64,000 bases of DNA from Eledone cirrhosa (lineage: Eukaryota), in NCBI GenBank assembly GCA_964016885.1, contig OZ024742.1, forward strand, positions 378,324,001-378,388,000, given 5' to 3'. Below are positions 20,754-33,800 of the stretch, one piece after another. The first letter of the stretch is position 1, and each line of letters opens with the position of its first letter. Under the pieces are notes generated by a model that was given only the letters and a program-made list of their open reading frames with translations, did not search any database and was not told the DNA's origin. The translations under genes and the position numbers were made by a program.

Positions 20754-22617
20754 TGAGAGATGGGAGAGATGGAGGCAGTGACTGTGGGAGTTTGGTTCCT
20801 TTGTGTTCTGACCTGGTGTGTATGAGAGATGGGGAGAGCGGGAGAGGTGGAGGCAGTGACTGTGGGAGTTTGGTTCCTTTGTGTTCTGACCTGGTGTGTA
20901 TGAGAGATGGGGAGAGCGGGAGAGGTGGAGGCAGTGACTGTGGGAGTTTGGTTCCTTTGTGTTCTGACCTGGTGTAAATGAGAGATGGGGAGAGTGGGAG
21001 AGGTGGAGGCAGTGACTGTGGGAGTTTAGTTCCTTTGTGTTCTGACCTGGTGTAAATGAGAGATGGGGAGAGTGGGAGAGGTGGAGGCAGTGACTGTGGG
21101 AGTTTGGTTCCTTTGTGTTCTGACCTGGTGTAAATGAGAGATGGGGAGAGCGGGAGAGGTGGAGGCAGTGACTGTGGGAGTTTGGTTCCTTTGTGTTCTG
21201 ACCTGGTGTGTATGAGAGATGGGGAGAGCGGGAGAGATGGAGGCAGTGACTGTGGGAGTTTGGTTCCTTTGTGTTCTGACCTGGTGTGTATGAGAGATGG
21301 GGAGAGAGGGAGAGATGGAGGCAGTGACTGTGGGAGTTTAGTTCCTTTGTGTTCTGACCTGGTGTGTATGAGAGATGGGGAGAGCGGGAGAGATGGAGGC
21401 AGTGACTGTGGGAGTTTGGTTCCTTTGTGTTCTGACCTGGTGTGTATGAGAGATGGGGAGAGCGGGAGAGATGGAGGCAGTGACTGTGGGAGTTTGGTTC
21501 CTTTGTGTTCTGACCTGGTGTGTATGAGAGATGGGGAGAGAGGGAGAGATGGAGGCAGTGACTGTGGGAGTTTAGTTCCTTTGTGTTCTGACCTGGTGTG
21601 TATGAGAGATGGGGAGAGCGGGAGAGATGGAGGCAGTGACTGTGGGAGTTTGGTTCCTTTGTGTTCTGACCTGGTGTATATGAGAGATGGGGAGAGCGGG
21701 AGAGATGGAGGCAGTGACTGTGGGAGTTTGGTTCCTTTGTGTTCTGACCTGGTGTGTATGAGAGATGGGGAGAGCGGGAGAGGTGGAGGCAGTGACTGTG
21801 GGAGTTTGGTTCCTTTGTGTTCTGACCTGGTGTAAATGAGAGATGGGGAGAGCGGGAGAGATGGAGGCAGTGACTGTGGGAGTTTGGTTCCTTTGTGTTC
21901 TGACCTGGTGTGTATGAGAGATGGGGAGAGCGGGAGAGGTGGAGGCAGTGACTGTGGGAGTTTGGTTCCTTTGTGTTCTGACCTGGTGTGTATGAGAGAT
22001 GGGGAGAGAGGGAGAGATGGAGGCAGTGACTGTGGGAGTTTAGTTCCTTTGTGTTCTGACCTGGTGTGTATGAGAGATGGGGAGAGCGGGAGAGATGGAG
22101 GCAGTGACTGTGGGAGTTTGGTTCCTTTGTGTTCTGACCTGGTGTATATGAGAGATGGGGAGAGCGGGAGAGATGGAGGCAGTGACTGTGGGAGTTTGGT
22201 TCCTTTGTGTTCTGACCTGGTGTGTATGAGAGATGGGGAGAGCGGGAGAGATGGAGGCAGTGACTGTGGGAGTTTAGTTCCTTTGTGTTCTGACCTGGTG
22301 TGTATGAGAGATGGGGAGAGCGGGAGAGATGGAGGCAGTGACTGTGGGAGTTTGGTTCCTTTGTGTTCTGACCTGGTGTATATGAGAGATGGGGAGAGCG
22401 GGAGAGATGGAGGCAGTGACTGTGGGAGTTTGGTTCCTTTGTGTTCTGACCTGGTGTAAATGAGAGATGGGGAGAGTGGGAGAGGTGGAGGCAGTGACTG
22501 TGGGAGTTTGGTTCCTTTGTGTTCTGACCTGGTGTATATGAGAGATGGGGAGAGCGGGAGAGATGGAGGCAGTGACTGTGGGAATTTGGTTCCTTTGTGT
22601 TCTGACCTGGTGTATAT
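20754..22617 (+). repeat. 78-bp minisatellite, about 24 copies, G-rich plus strand
   Basis: Unit ATGAGAGATGGGGAGAGCGGGAGAGATGGAGGCAGTGACTGTGGGAGTTTGGTTCCTTTGTGTTCTGACCTGGTGTGT. Confidence 0.97.
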
Positions 22618-22874
22618 GTATATATTTATTTAGAGCAGCAGATGTTATATAAACCACCACCTCTCCTCCACCATAGCTACTCCATATATACCCGAGACTA
22701 TAGTATGAGTAAATGACACTCGTTCAAGATGCCACAAAGTGGGATCGAAACTGCGACCTTGTGATTGGTAGGCCTTGTCAACGGAAATGATAGACAGGAA
22801 GATATAAAACTTAATTTGTTTGGGGTTATATCCCCTTATTGATTAAACAGAAACTTTGATGTTGACATTTAATG

Positions 22875-22941
22875 TTATTTTTTTTTTTATTTCATTTTAT
22901 TTTATTTTATTTTATTTCATTTTTATTTTTATTTTATTTCA

Positions 22942-22972
<31 letters not shown>

Positions 22973-23004
22973 ATTTTATTTTTATTTTATTTTATTTTAT
23001 TTTT
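22875..23004. repeat. (ATTTT)n / (ATTTTT)n low-complexity tract
   Basis: Direct reading. Confidence 0.9.
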
Positions 23005-23604
23005 GGTGCGAAAAATGGCTGTATGCTGAAACCTTTGGTCAAATACTTTATGAAGAAAAAATCCGCAAGTCTGTAATAAATGTCATCATGGGTTTATATG
23101 TGTAAACATGCACATATGATTTGCTTTTGTTTTTGTGTAAAGGCTGGTTGGTTTCCTTCTCTAATTAGATTCCCACTCTGATGTTTACTCCAACGACATT
23201 TTATATCGGTTAAGTATTACATTACAAATAACACACATTTCCTAACCATTCAAACTGTCACTAGCAATCACATTGATCCTACTCATCATATTCTTTTGAA
23301 ACATTTTGTCTCGTAAACCCTTCGATTGTGCTTTTGATCAACCGCTTATTGGAATGAAAGTCTATGAAAAGCTTGATAAAATTACCTGTAAGGAAGGTCC
23401 CAAACTAAATTTAAAATGACATTTATAGTGACAAATATTCTACTGACCGCAGTTGTAAACTGTGACAAGTTTTCAAAAGGGAAATTATTTTTTCCTTTTT
23501 TTCCTCCAATTTTCTCTGGATGAGTTTTTCCATGTATATTATACAATGTCCGTAGATTTCCTTGGAAATATGGTGAATTTCTTTCCATTTATTTAGATAT
23601 TTTT

Positions 23605-23863
23605 TCTCCGAATTGAGAGATCACAACTCCGATACTATGGGTATGTGGTTAGCATGTCTCAGAAAAAAATCGCTGGACAGATTTTACTGGCAAAAGCAAC
23701 TGGCAGGAGACCCAGGGGCAGACCTCGAGCAAGATAGTTGGATAACATCCATGAGTTTGGCTGGTCTCGTTTGGGGATCCAGCTGGATCAGTTGGAGATG
23801 GTTACTTCTGACAGGACCTGCTGGAAGGAGTGTTTGAGGATTGTGTCACCACAACCCTCTCAG

Positions 23864-23895
<32 letters not shown>

Positions 23896-24002
23896 AGAAG
23901 AAGAAGAAGAAGAAGAAGAAGAAGAAGAAGAAGAAGAAGAAGAAGAAGAAGAAGAAGAAGAAGAAGAAGAAGAAGAAGAAGATGAAGAAGAAGAAGAAGA
24001 AG
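23605..24002 (+). mobile_element. RTE-clade LINE 3' fragment with (GAA)n tail (23864-24002)
   Basis: Homologous to the reverse complement of 15190-15450; encodes LRYYGYVVSMSQ...GRPRARXLDNI. Confidence 0.78.
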
Positions 24003-24234
24003 ATATTCTTGTTGCTGTTGTAGATGTAAAAAGCGGATAGTTGCTGTAAGCCCCACTATCCTAATTATACTTACCCAACTACAGATACAACTGTCAGAAT
24101 ATTGTGTAAACTATGTGTTACTGTAAACATCCCAGTCTATCATAACTATAATAAAGAAACGAGTGCGGGACTGCATCCAGAATATAATTTTTTTTATCCC
24201 GCTTGTAAAGTAAATTGGATTACTTTGAATAAAT

Positions 24235-24422
24235 AATTGATTCTACTTTAGGCACAAGGCCAGCAATTATCCCAGTGTATTACTGGTACTTTATTTTATC
24301 GACACCGTAAGGATGAAAGGCAAAGTTAACCTCGGCGGGATTTGAACTCAGTCCGGAAAGGGACGTAACTGTGCTGCAAGACATAGCGTCCTACCCTCTA
24401 CCAATACTGCCAATCCACCGCA
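24235..24422 (-). mobile_element. SINE copy
   Basis: Reverse complement of the 345-537 family. Confidence 0.85.
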
Positions 24423-24785
24423 TTAATTTGAATAAATAATGAATGAATATTACATAATTTATCTGCTACATTTCGTAGTTTTTGATTAAATACATTTTAT
24501 TGATTATTTAAAGATTCACTTCTTTAAAATTTTCAAATGTAAACACTTCCGGTTAGCGATCGCTTAAGTAAACATTCAGATATTTCCGTCTCTGATTTTC
24601 TCCTAATGCAGATTATATATATCGTCTTTTTTAATGTATCATGGATTACGTTACTGATTACGTAAGACAGTGTAACGCAGTCTTCGTTCAATTTCTGTGT
24701 ATATTGTCAATTACGATTTTATGTGGTGTATCATATCTACATGTATATATACTTCCGTATAATATCAATATACACACTACACAGG

Positions 24786-24824
24786 CTAGCAGAAAAACCA
24801 CCTGAAGGGTGGTTTATCTGCTAG
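24786..24824. other. 17-bp-arm hairpin bounded by CTAG, resembling a Helitron 3' terminus, at the satellite boundary
   Basis: CTAGCAGAAAAACCACC-tgaag-GGTGGTTTATCTGCTAG followed by T. Confidence 0.5.
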
Positions 24825-27800
24825 TTGTATTAATGTTGTGGTCATTTGTAGCTCTATTGTAGCACTGAGCAGTCTATTGTATTAATGTTGTGGTCATTTG
24901 TAGTCTATTGTAGCACTGAGCAGTCTATTGTATTAATGTTGTGGTCATTTGTAGTCTATTGTAGCACTGAGCAGTGTATTGTATTAATGTTGTGGTCATT
25001 TGTAGCTCTATTGTAGCACTGAGTAGTGTATTGTATTAATGTTGTGGTCATTTGTAGTCTATTGTAGCACTGAGCAGTCTATTGTATTAATGTTGTGGTC
25101 ATTTGTAGCTCTATTGTAGCACTGAGCAGTCTATTGTATTAATGTTGTGGTCATTTGTAGCTCTATTGTAGCACTGAGCAGTCTATTGTATTAATGTTGT
25201 GGTCATTTGTAGTCTATTGTAGCACTGAGCAGTCTATTGTATTAATGTTGTGGTCATTTGTAGTCTATTGTAGCACTGAGCAGTGTATTGTATTAATGTT
25301 GTGGTCATTTGTAGCTCTATTGTAGCACTGAGTAGTGTATTGTATTAATGTTGTGGTCATTTGTAGTCTATTGTAGCACTGAGCAGTCTATTGTATTAAT
25401 GTTGTGGTCATTTGTAGCTCTATTGTAGCACTGAGCAGTCTATTGTATTAATGTTGTGGTCATTTGTAGCTCTATTGTAGCACTGAGCAGTCTATTGTAT
25501 TAATGTTGTGGTCATTTGTAGTCTATTGTAGCACTGAGCTGTCTATTGTATTAATGTTGTGGTCATTTGTAGCTCTATAGTAGCACTGAGCAGTCTATTG
25601 TATTAATGTTGTGGTAAATTGTAGTCTATTGTAGCTCTGAGCAGTGTATTGTATTAATATTGTGGTCAGTTGTAGTCTATTGTAGCACTGAGCAGTCTAT
25701 TGTATTAATGTTGTGGTCATTTGTAGTCTATTGTAGCACTGAGCAGTCTATTGTATTAATGTTGTGGTCATTTGTAGCTCTATTGTAGCACTGAGCAGTC
25801 TATTGTATTAATGTTGTGGTCATTTGAAGTCTATTGTAGCACTGAACAGTCTATTGTATTAATGTTGTGGTCATTTGTAGTCTATTGTAGCACTGAGCAG
25901 TCTGTTGTATTAATGTTGTGGTCATTTGTAGATCTATTGTAGCACTGAGCAGTCTATTGTATTAATGTTGTGGTCATTTGTAGTCTATTGTAGCACTGAG
26001 CAGTCTGTTGTATTAATGTTGTGGTCATTTGTAGCTCTATTGTAGCACTGAGCACTCTGGTATTAATGTTGTGGTCATTTGTAGTCTATTGTAGCACTGA
26101 GCAGTCTGTTGTATTAATGTTGTGGTCATTTGTAGCTCTATTGTAGCACTGAGCAGTCTATTGTATTAATGTTGTGGTCATTTGTAGTCTATTGTAGCAC
26201 TGAGCAATCTATTGTATTAATGTTGTGGTCATTTGTAGCTCTATTGTAGCACTGAGCCGTGTATTGTATTAGTGTTGTGGTCATTTGTAGCTCTATTGTA
26301 GCACTGAGCATTCTATTGTATTAATGTTGTGGTCAGTTGTATTCTATTGTAGCACTGAGCAGACTATTGTATTAATGTTGTGGTCATTTGTAGTATATTG
26401 TAGTTCTGAGCAGTCTATTGTATTGATGTTGTGGTCATTTGTAGTCTATTGTAGCACTGAGCAGTCTATTGTATTAATGTTGTGGTCATTTGTAGTCTAT
26501 TGTAGCACTGAGCAGTCTATTGTATTAATGTTGTGGTCATTTGTAGTCTATTGTAGCACTGAGCAGTCTATTGTATTAATGTTGTGGTCATTTGTAGCTC
26601 TATTGTAGCACTGAGTAGTCTATTATATTAATGTTGTGGTCATTTGTAGTCTATTGTAGCACTGAGCAGTCTATTGTATTAGTGTTGTGGTCATTTGTAG
26701 CTCTATTGTAGCACTGAGCAGTATATTGTATTAATGTTGTGGTCAGTTGTAGTCTATTATAGCACTGAGCAGTCTATTGTATTAATGTTGTGGTCATTTG
26801 TAGCTCTATTGTAGCACTGAGCAGTCTATTGTATTAATGTTGTGGTCATTTGTAGCTCTATTGTAGCACTGAGCATTGTATTGTATTAATGTTGTGGTCA
26901 TTTGTAGTCTATTGTAGCACTGAGCAGTCTATTGTATTAATGTTGTGGTCATTTGTAGCTCTATTGTAGCACTGAGCAGTCTATTGTATTAGTGTTGTGG
27001 TCATTTGTAGCTCTATTGTAGCACTGAGCAGTCTATTGTATTAATGTTGTGGTCAGTTGTAGTCTATTGTAGCACTGAGCAGTCTATTGTATTAATGTTG
27101 TGGTCATGTGTAGTCTATTGTAGCACTGAGCAGTCTATTGTATTAGTGTTGTGGTCATTTGTAGCTCTATAGTAGCACTGAGCAGTATATTGTATTAATG
27201 TTGTGGTCAGTTGTAGTCTAATGTAGCACTGAGCAGTCTATTGTATTAATGTTGTGGTCAGTTGTAGTCTATTGTAGCACTGAGCAGTCTATTGTATTAA
27301 TGTTGTCGTCATTTGTAGCTCTATTGTAGCACTGAGCAGTCTATTGTATTAATGTTGTGGTCAGTTGTATTCTATTGTAGCACTGAGCAGACTATTGTAT
27401 TAATGTTGTGGTCATATGTAGTCTATTGTAGCACTGAGCAGTCTATTGTATTAGTGTTGTGGTCATTTGTAGTCTATTGTAGCACTGAGCAGTCTATTGT
27501 ATTAATGCTGTGGTCAGTTATATTCTATTGTAGCACTGAGCAGACTATTGTATTAATGTTGTGGTCATTTGTAGTCTATTGTAGCACTGAGCAGTCTATT
27601 TTATTAATGTTGTGGTCATTTGTATCTCTATTGTAGCACTGAGCATTGTATTGTATTAATGTTGTGGTCATTTGTAGTCTATTGTAGCACTGAGCAGTCT
27701 ATTGTATTAATGTTGTGGTCATTTGTAGTTCTATTGTAGCACTGAGCAGTCTATTGTATTAATGTTGTGGTCATTTATAGTCTATTGTAGCACTGAGCAG

Positions 27801-30800
27801 TCTATTGTATTAATGTGGTGGTCATTTGTAGTCTATTGTAGCACTGAGCAGTGTATTGTATTAATGTTGTGGTCATTTGTAGCTCTATTGTAGCACTGAG
27901 CATTGTATTGTATTAATGTTGTGGTCATTTGTAGTCTATTGTAGCACTGAGCAGTCTATTGTATTAATGTTGTGGTCATTTGTAGTTCTATTGTAGCACT
28001 GAGCAGTCTATTGTCTTAATGTTGTGGTAATTTGTAGTCTATTGTAGCACTGAGCAGTGTATTGTATTAATGTTGTGGTAATTTGTAGTCTATTGTAGCA
28101 CTGAGAAGTGTATTGTATTAATATTGTGGTCATTTGTAGTCTATTGTAGCACTGAGCAGTCTATTGTATTAATGTTGTGGTCATTTGTAGTCTATTGTAG
28201 CACTGAGCAGTCTATTGTATTAATGTTGTGGTCATTTGTAGCTCTATTGTAGCACTGAGCAGTCTATTGTATTAATGTTGTGGTCATTTGTTGTCTATTG
28301 TAGCACTGAGCAGTCTATTGTATTAATGTTGTGGTCATTTGTAGTCTATTGTAGCACTGAGCAGTCTGTTGTATTAATGTTGTGGTCATTTGTAGCTCTA
28401 TTGTAGCACTGAGCAGTCTATTGTATTAATGTTGTGGTCATTTGTAGTCTATTGTAGCACTGAGCAGTCTGTTGTATTAATGTTGTGGTCATTTGTAGCT
28501 TTATTGTAGCACTGAGCACTCTATTGTATTAATGTTGTGGTCATTTGTAGTCTATTGTAGCACTGAGCAGTCTGTTGTATTAATGTTGTGGTCATTTGTA
28601 GCTCTATTGTAGCACTGAGCAGTCTATTGTATTAATGTTGTGGTCATTTGTAGTCTATTGTAGCACTGAGCAGTCTATTGTATTAATGTTGTAGTCATTT
28701 GCAGCTCTATTGTAGCACTGAGCCGTGTATTGTAATAGTGTTGTGGTCATTTGTAGCTCTATTGTAGCACTGAGCAATCTATTGTATTAATGTTGTGGTC
28801 AGTTGTATTCTATTGTAGCACTGAGCATTGTATTGTATTAATGTTGTGGTCATTTGTAGTCTATTGTAGCACTGAGCAGTCTATTGTATTAATGTTGTGG
28901 TCATTTGTAGCTCTATTGTAGCACTGAGCAGTCTATTGTATTAATGTTGTGGTCATTTGTAACTCTATTGTAGCACTGAGCAGTCTATTGTATTAATGTT
29001 GTGGTCATTTGTAGACTATTGTAGCACTGAGCAGTCTATTGTATTAGTGTTGTGGTCATTTGTAGCTCTATAGTAGCACTGAGCAGTCTATTGTATTAAT
29101 GTTGTGGTCAGTTGTAGTCTATTGTAGCACTGAGCATTCTATTGTATTAATGTTGTGGTCATTTGTAGCTCTATTGTAGCACTGAGCAGTCTATTGTATT
29201 AATGTTGTGGTCATTTGTAGTCTATTGTAGCACTGAGCAGTCTATTGTATTAGTGTTGTGGTCATTTGTAGCTCTATAGTAGCACTGAGCAGTCTATTGT
29301 ATTAATGTTGTGGTCATTTGTAGCTCTATTGTAGCACTGAGCATTGTATTGTATTAATGTTGTGGTCATTTGTTGTCTATTGTAGCACTGAGCAGTCTAT
29401 TGTATTAATTTTGTGGTCATTTGTAGTCTATTGTAGAACTGAGCAGTCTATTGTATTAATGTTGTGGTCATTCCTAGTCTATTGTAGCACTGAGCAGTCT
29501 ATTGTATTAATGTTGTGGTCATTTGTAGTCTATTGTAGCACTGAGCAGTCTATTGTATTAATGTTGTGGTCATTTGTAGCTCTATTGTAGCACTGAGCAG
29601 TCTATTGTATTAATGTTGTGGTCATTTGTAGCTCTATTGTAGCACTGAGCATTGTATTGTATTAATGCTGTGGTCATTTGTAATCTATTGTAGCACTGAG
29701 CAGTCTATTGTATTAATGGTGTGGTCATTTGTAGCTCTATTGTAGCACTGAGCAGTCTATTGTATTAATGTTGTGGTCATTTGTAGCTCTATTGTAGCAC
29801 TGAGCAGTCTATTGTATTAATGTTGTGGTCATTTGTAGTCTATTGTAGCACTGAGCAGTCTATTGTATTAGTGTTGTGGTCATTTGTAGCTCTATAGTAG
29901 CACTGAGCAGTCTATTGTATTAATGTTGTGGTCAGTTGTAGTCTATTGTAGCACTGAGCAGTCTATTGCATTAATGTTGTGGTCATTTGTAGCTCTATTG
30001 TAGCACTGAGCAGTCTATTGTATTAATGTTGTGGTCAGTTGTAGTCTATTGTAGCACTGAGCAGTCTATTGTATTAATGTTGTAGTCATTTGTAGCTCTA
30101 TTGTATCACTGAGCAGTCTATTGTATTAATGTTGTGGTCATTTGTAGCTCTATTGTAGCACTGAGCATTGTATTGTATTAATGTTGTTGTCATTTGTAGT
30201 CTATTGTAGCACTGAGCAGTCTATTGTATTAATGTTGTGGTCATTTGTAGCTCTATTGTAGCACTGAGCAGTCTATTGTATTAATGTTGTGGTCATTTGT
30301 AACTCTATTGTAGCACTGAGCAGTCTATTGTATTAATGTTGTGGTCATTTGTAGTCTATTGTAGCACTGAGCAGTCTATTGTATTAGTGTTGTGGTCATT
30401 TGTAGCTCTATAGTAGCACTGAGCAGTCTATTGTATTAATGTTGTGGTCAGTTGTAGTCTATTGTAGCACTGAGCAGTCTATTGTATTAATGTTGTGGTC
30501 ATTTGTAGCTCTATTGTAGCACTGAGCATTGTATTGTATTAATGTTGTGGTCATTTGTAATCTATTGTAGCACTGAGCAATCTATTGTATTAATGCTGTG
30601 GTCAGTTATATTCTATTGTAGCACTGAGCAGACTATTGTATTAATGTTGTGGTCATTTGTAGTCTATTGTAGCACTGAGCAGTCTATTTTATTAATGTTG
30701 TGGTCATTTGTAGCTCTATTGTAGCACTGAGCATTGTATTGTATTAATGTTGTGGTCATTTGTAGTCTATTGTAGCACTGAGCAGTCTATTGTATTAATG

Positions 30801-33800
30801 TTGTGGTCATTTGTAGTTCTATTGTAGCACTGAGCAGTCTATTGTATTAATGTTGTGGTCATTTATAGTCTATTGTAGCACTGAGCAATCTATTGTATTA
30901 ATGTGGTGGTCATTTGTAGTCTATTGTAGCACTGAGCAGTGTATTGTATTAATGTTGTGGTCATTTGTAGCTCTATTGTAGCACTGAGCATTGTATTGTA
31001 TTAATGTTGTGGTCATTTGTAGTCTATTGTAGCACTGAGCAGTCTATTGTATTAATGTTGTGGTCATTTGTAGTTCTATTGTAGCACTGAGCAGTCTATT
31101 GTATTAATGTTGTGGTAATTTGTAGTCTATTGTAGCACTGAGCAGTGTATTGTATTAATGTTGTGGTAATTTGTAGTCTATTGTAGCACTGAGCAGTCTA
31201 TTGTATTAATATTGTGGTCATTTGTAGTCTATTGTAGCACTGAGCAGTCCATTGTATTAATGTTGTGGTCATTTGTAGTCTATTGTAGCACTGAGCAGTC
31301 TATTGTATTAATGTTGTGGTCATTTGTAGCTCTATTGTAGCACTGAGCAGTCTATTGTATTAATGTTGTGGTCATTTGAAGTCTATTGTAGCACTGAGCA
31401 GTCTATTGTATTAATGTTGTGGTCATTTGTAGACTATTGTAGCACTGAGCAGTCTGTTGTATTAATGTTGTGGTCATTTGTAGCTCTATTGTAGCACTGA
31501 GCAGTCTATTGTATTAATGTTGTGGTCATTTGTAGTCTATTGTAGCACTGAGCAGTCTGTTGTATTAATGTTGTGGTCATTTGTAGCTTTATTGTAGCAC
31601 TGAGCACTCTATTGTATTAATGTCGTGGTCATTTGTAGTCTATTGTAGCACTGAGCAGTCTGTTGTATTAATGTTGTGGTCATTTGTAGCTCTATTGTAG
31701 CACTGAGCAGTCTATTGTATTAATGTTGTGGTCATTTGTAGTCTATTGTAGCACTGAGCAGTCTATTGTATTAATGTTGTGGTCATTTGCAGCTCTATTG
31801 TAGCACTGAGCCGTGTATTGTAATAGTGTTGTGGTCATTTGTAGCTCTATTGTAGCACTGAGCAATCTATTGTATTAATGTTGTGGTCAGTTGTATTCTA
31901 TTGTAGCACTGAGCAGACTAATGTATTAATGCTGTGGTCATTTGTAGTCTATTGTAGCACTGAGCAGTCTATTATATTAATGTTGTGGTCATTTGTAGTC
32001 TATTGTAGCACTGAGCAGTCTATTGTATTAGTGTTGTGGTCATTTGTAGCTCTATTGTAGCACTGAGCAGTCTATTGTATTAATGATGTGGTCAGTTGTA
32101 GTCTATTGTAGCACTGAGCAGTCTATTGTATTAATGTTGTGGTCATTTGTAGCTCTATTGTATCACTGAGCAGTCTATTGTATTAATGTTGTGGTCATTT
32201 GTAGCTCTATTGTAGCACTGAGCATTGTATTGTATTAATGTTGTGGTCAGTTGTAGTCTATTGTAGCACTGAGCATTCTATTGTATTAATGTTGTGGTCA
32301 TTTGTAGCTCTATTGTAGCACTGAGCATTCTATTGTATTAATGTTGTGGTCATTTGTAGTCTATTATAGCACTGAGCAGTCTATTGTATTAGTGTTGTGG
32401 TCATTTGTAGCTCTATAGTAGCACTGAGCAGTCTATTGTATTAATGTTGTGGTCATTTGTAGCTCTATTGTAGCACTGAGCATTGTATTGTATTAATGTT
32501 GTGGTCATTTGTAGTCTATCGTAGCACTGAGCAGTCTATTGTATTAATTTTGTGGTCATTTGTAGTCTATTGTAGAACTGAGCAGTCTATTGTATTAATG
32601 TTGTGGTCATTCCTAGTCTATTGTAGCACTGAGCAGTTTATTGTATTAATGTTGTGGTCATTTGTAGTCTATTGTAGCACTGAGCAGTCTATTGTATTAG
32701 TGTTGTGGTCATTTGTAGCTCTATTGTAGCACTGAGCAGTCTATTGTATTAATGTTGTGGTCAGTTGTAGTCTATTGTAGCACTGAGCAGTCTATTGTAT
32801 TAATGTTGTGGTCATTTGTATCTCTATTGTAGCACAGAGCAGTCTATTATATTAATGTTGTGGTCATTTGTAGTCTATTGTAGCACTGAGCAGTCTATTG
32901 TATTTGTGTTGTGGTCATTTGTAGCTCTATTGTAGCACTGAGCAGTCTATTGTATTAATGTTGTGGTCAGTTGTAGTCTATTGTAGCACTGAGCAGTCTA
33001 TTGTATTAATGTTGTGGTCATTTGTAGCTCTATTGTAGCACTGAGCAGTCTATTGTATTAATTTTGTGGTCATTTGTAGTCTATTGTAGCACTGAGCAGT
33101 CTATTGTATTAATGTTGTGGTCATTTGTAGCTCTATTGTAGCACTGAGCAGTCTATTGTATTAAAGTTGTGGTCATTTGTAGCTCTATTGTAGCACTGAG
33201 CAGTCTATTGTATTAATGTTGTGGTCATTTGTAGTCTATTGTAGCACTGAGCAGTCTATTGTATTAGTGTTGTGGTCATTTGTAGCTCTATAGTAGCACT
33301 GAGCAGTCTATTGTATTAATGTTGTGGTCAGTTGTAGTCTATTGTAGCACTGAGCAGTCTATTGTATTAATGTTGTGGTCATTTGTAGCTCTATTGTAGC
33401 ACTGAGCAGTCTATTGTATTAATGTTGTGGTCAGTTGTAGTCTATTGTAGCACTGAGCAGTCTATTGTATTAATGTTGTAGTCAATTGTAGCTCTATTGT
33501 ATCACTGAGCAGTCTATTGTATTAATGTTGTGGTCATTTGTAGCTCTATTGTAGCACTGAGCATTGTATTGTATTAATGTTGTGGTCATTTGCAGTCTAT
33601 TGTAGCACTGAGCAGTCTATTGTATTAATGTTGTGGTCATTTGTAGCTCTATTGTAGCACTGAGCAGTCTATTGTATTAATGTTGTGGTCATTTGTAACT
33701 CTATTGTAGCACTGAGCAGTCTATTGTATTAATGTTGTGGTCATTTGTAGTCTATTGTAGCACTGAGCAGTCTATTGTATTAGTGTTGTGGTCATTTGTA

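Noticed and set aside
20729-22660. Repeat protein (MRDGESGRDGGSDCGSLVPLCSDLVC)n
   Set aside because: The 78-bp unit is a multiple of 3, TAA variants are scattered through the array, and no unique coding flanks or splice context are evident
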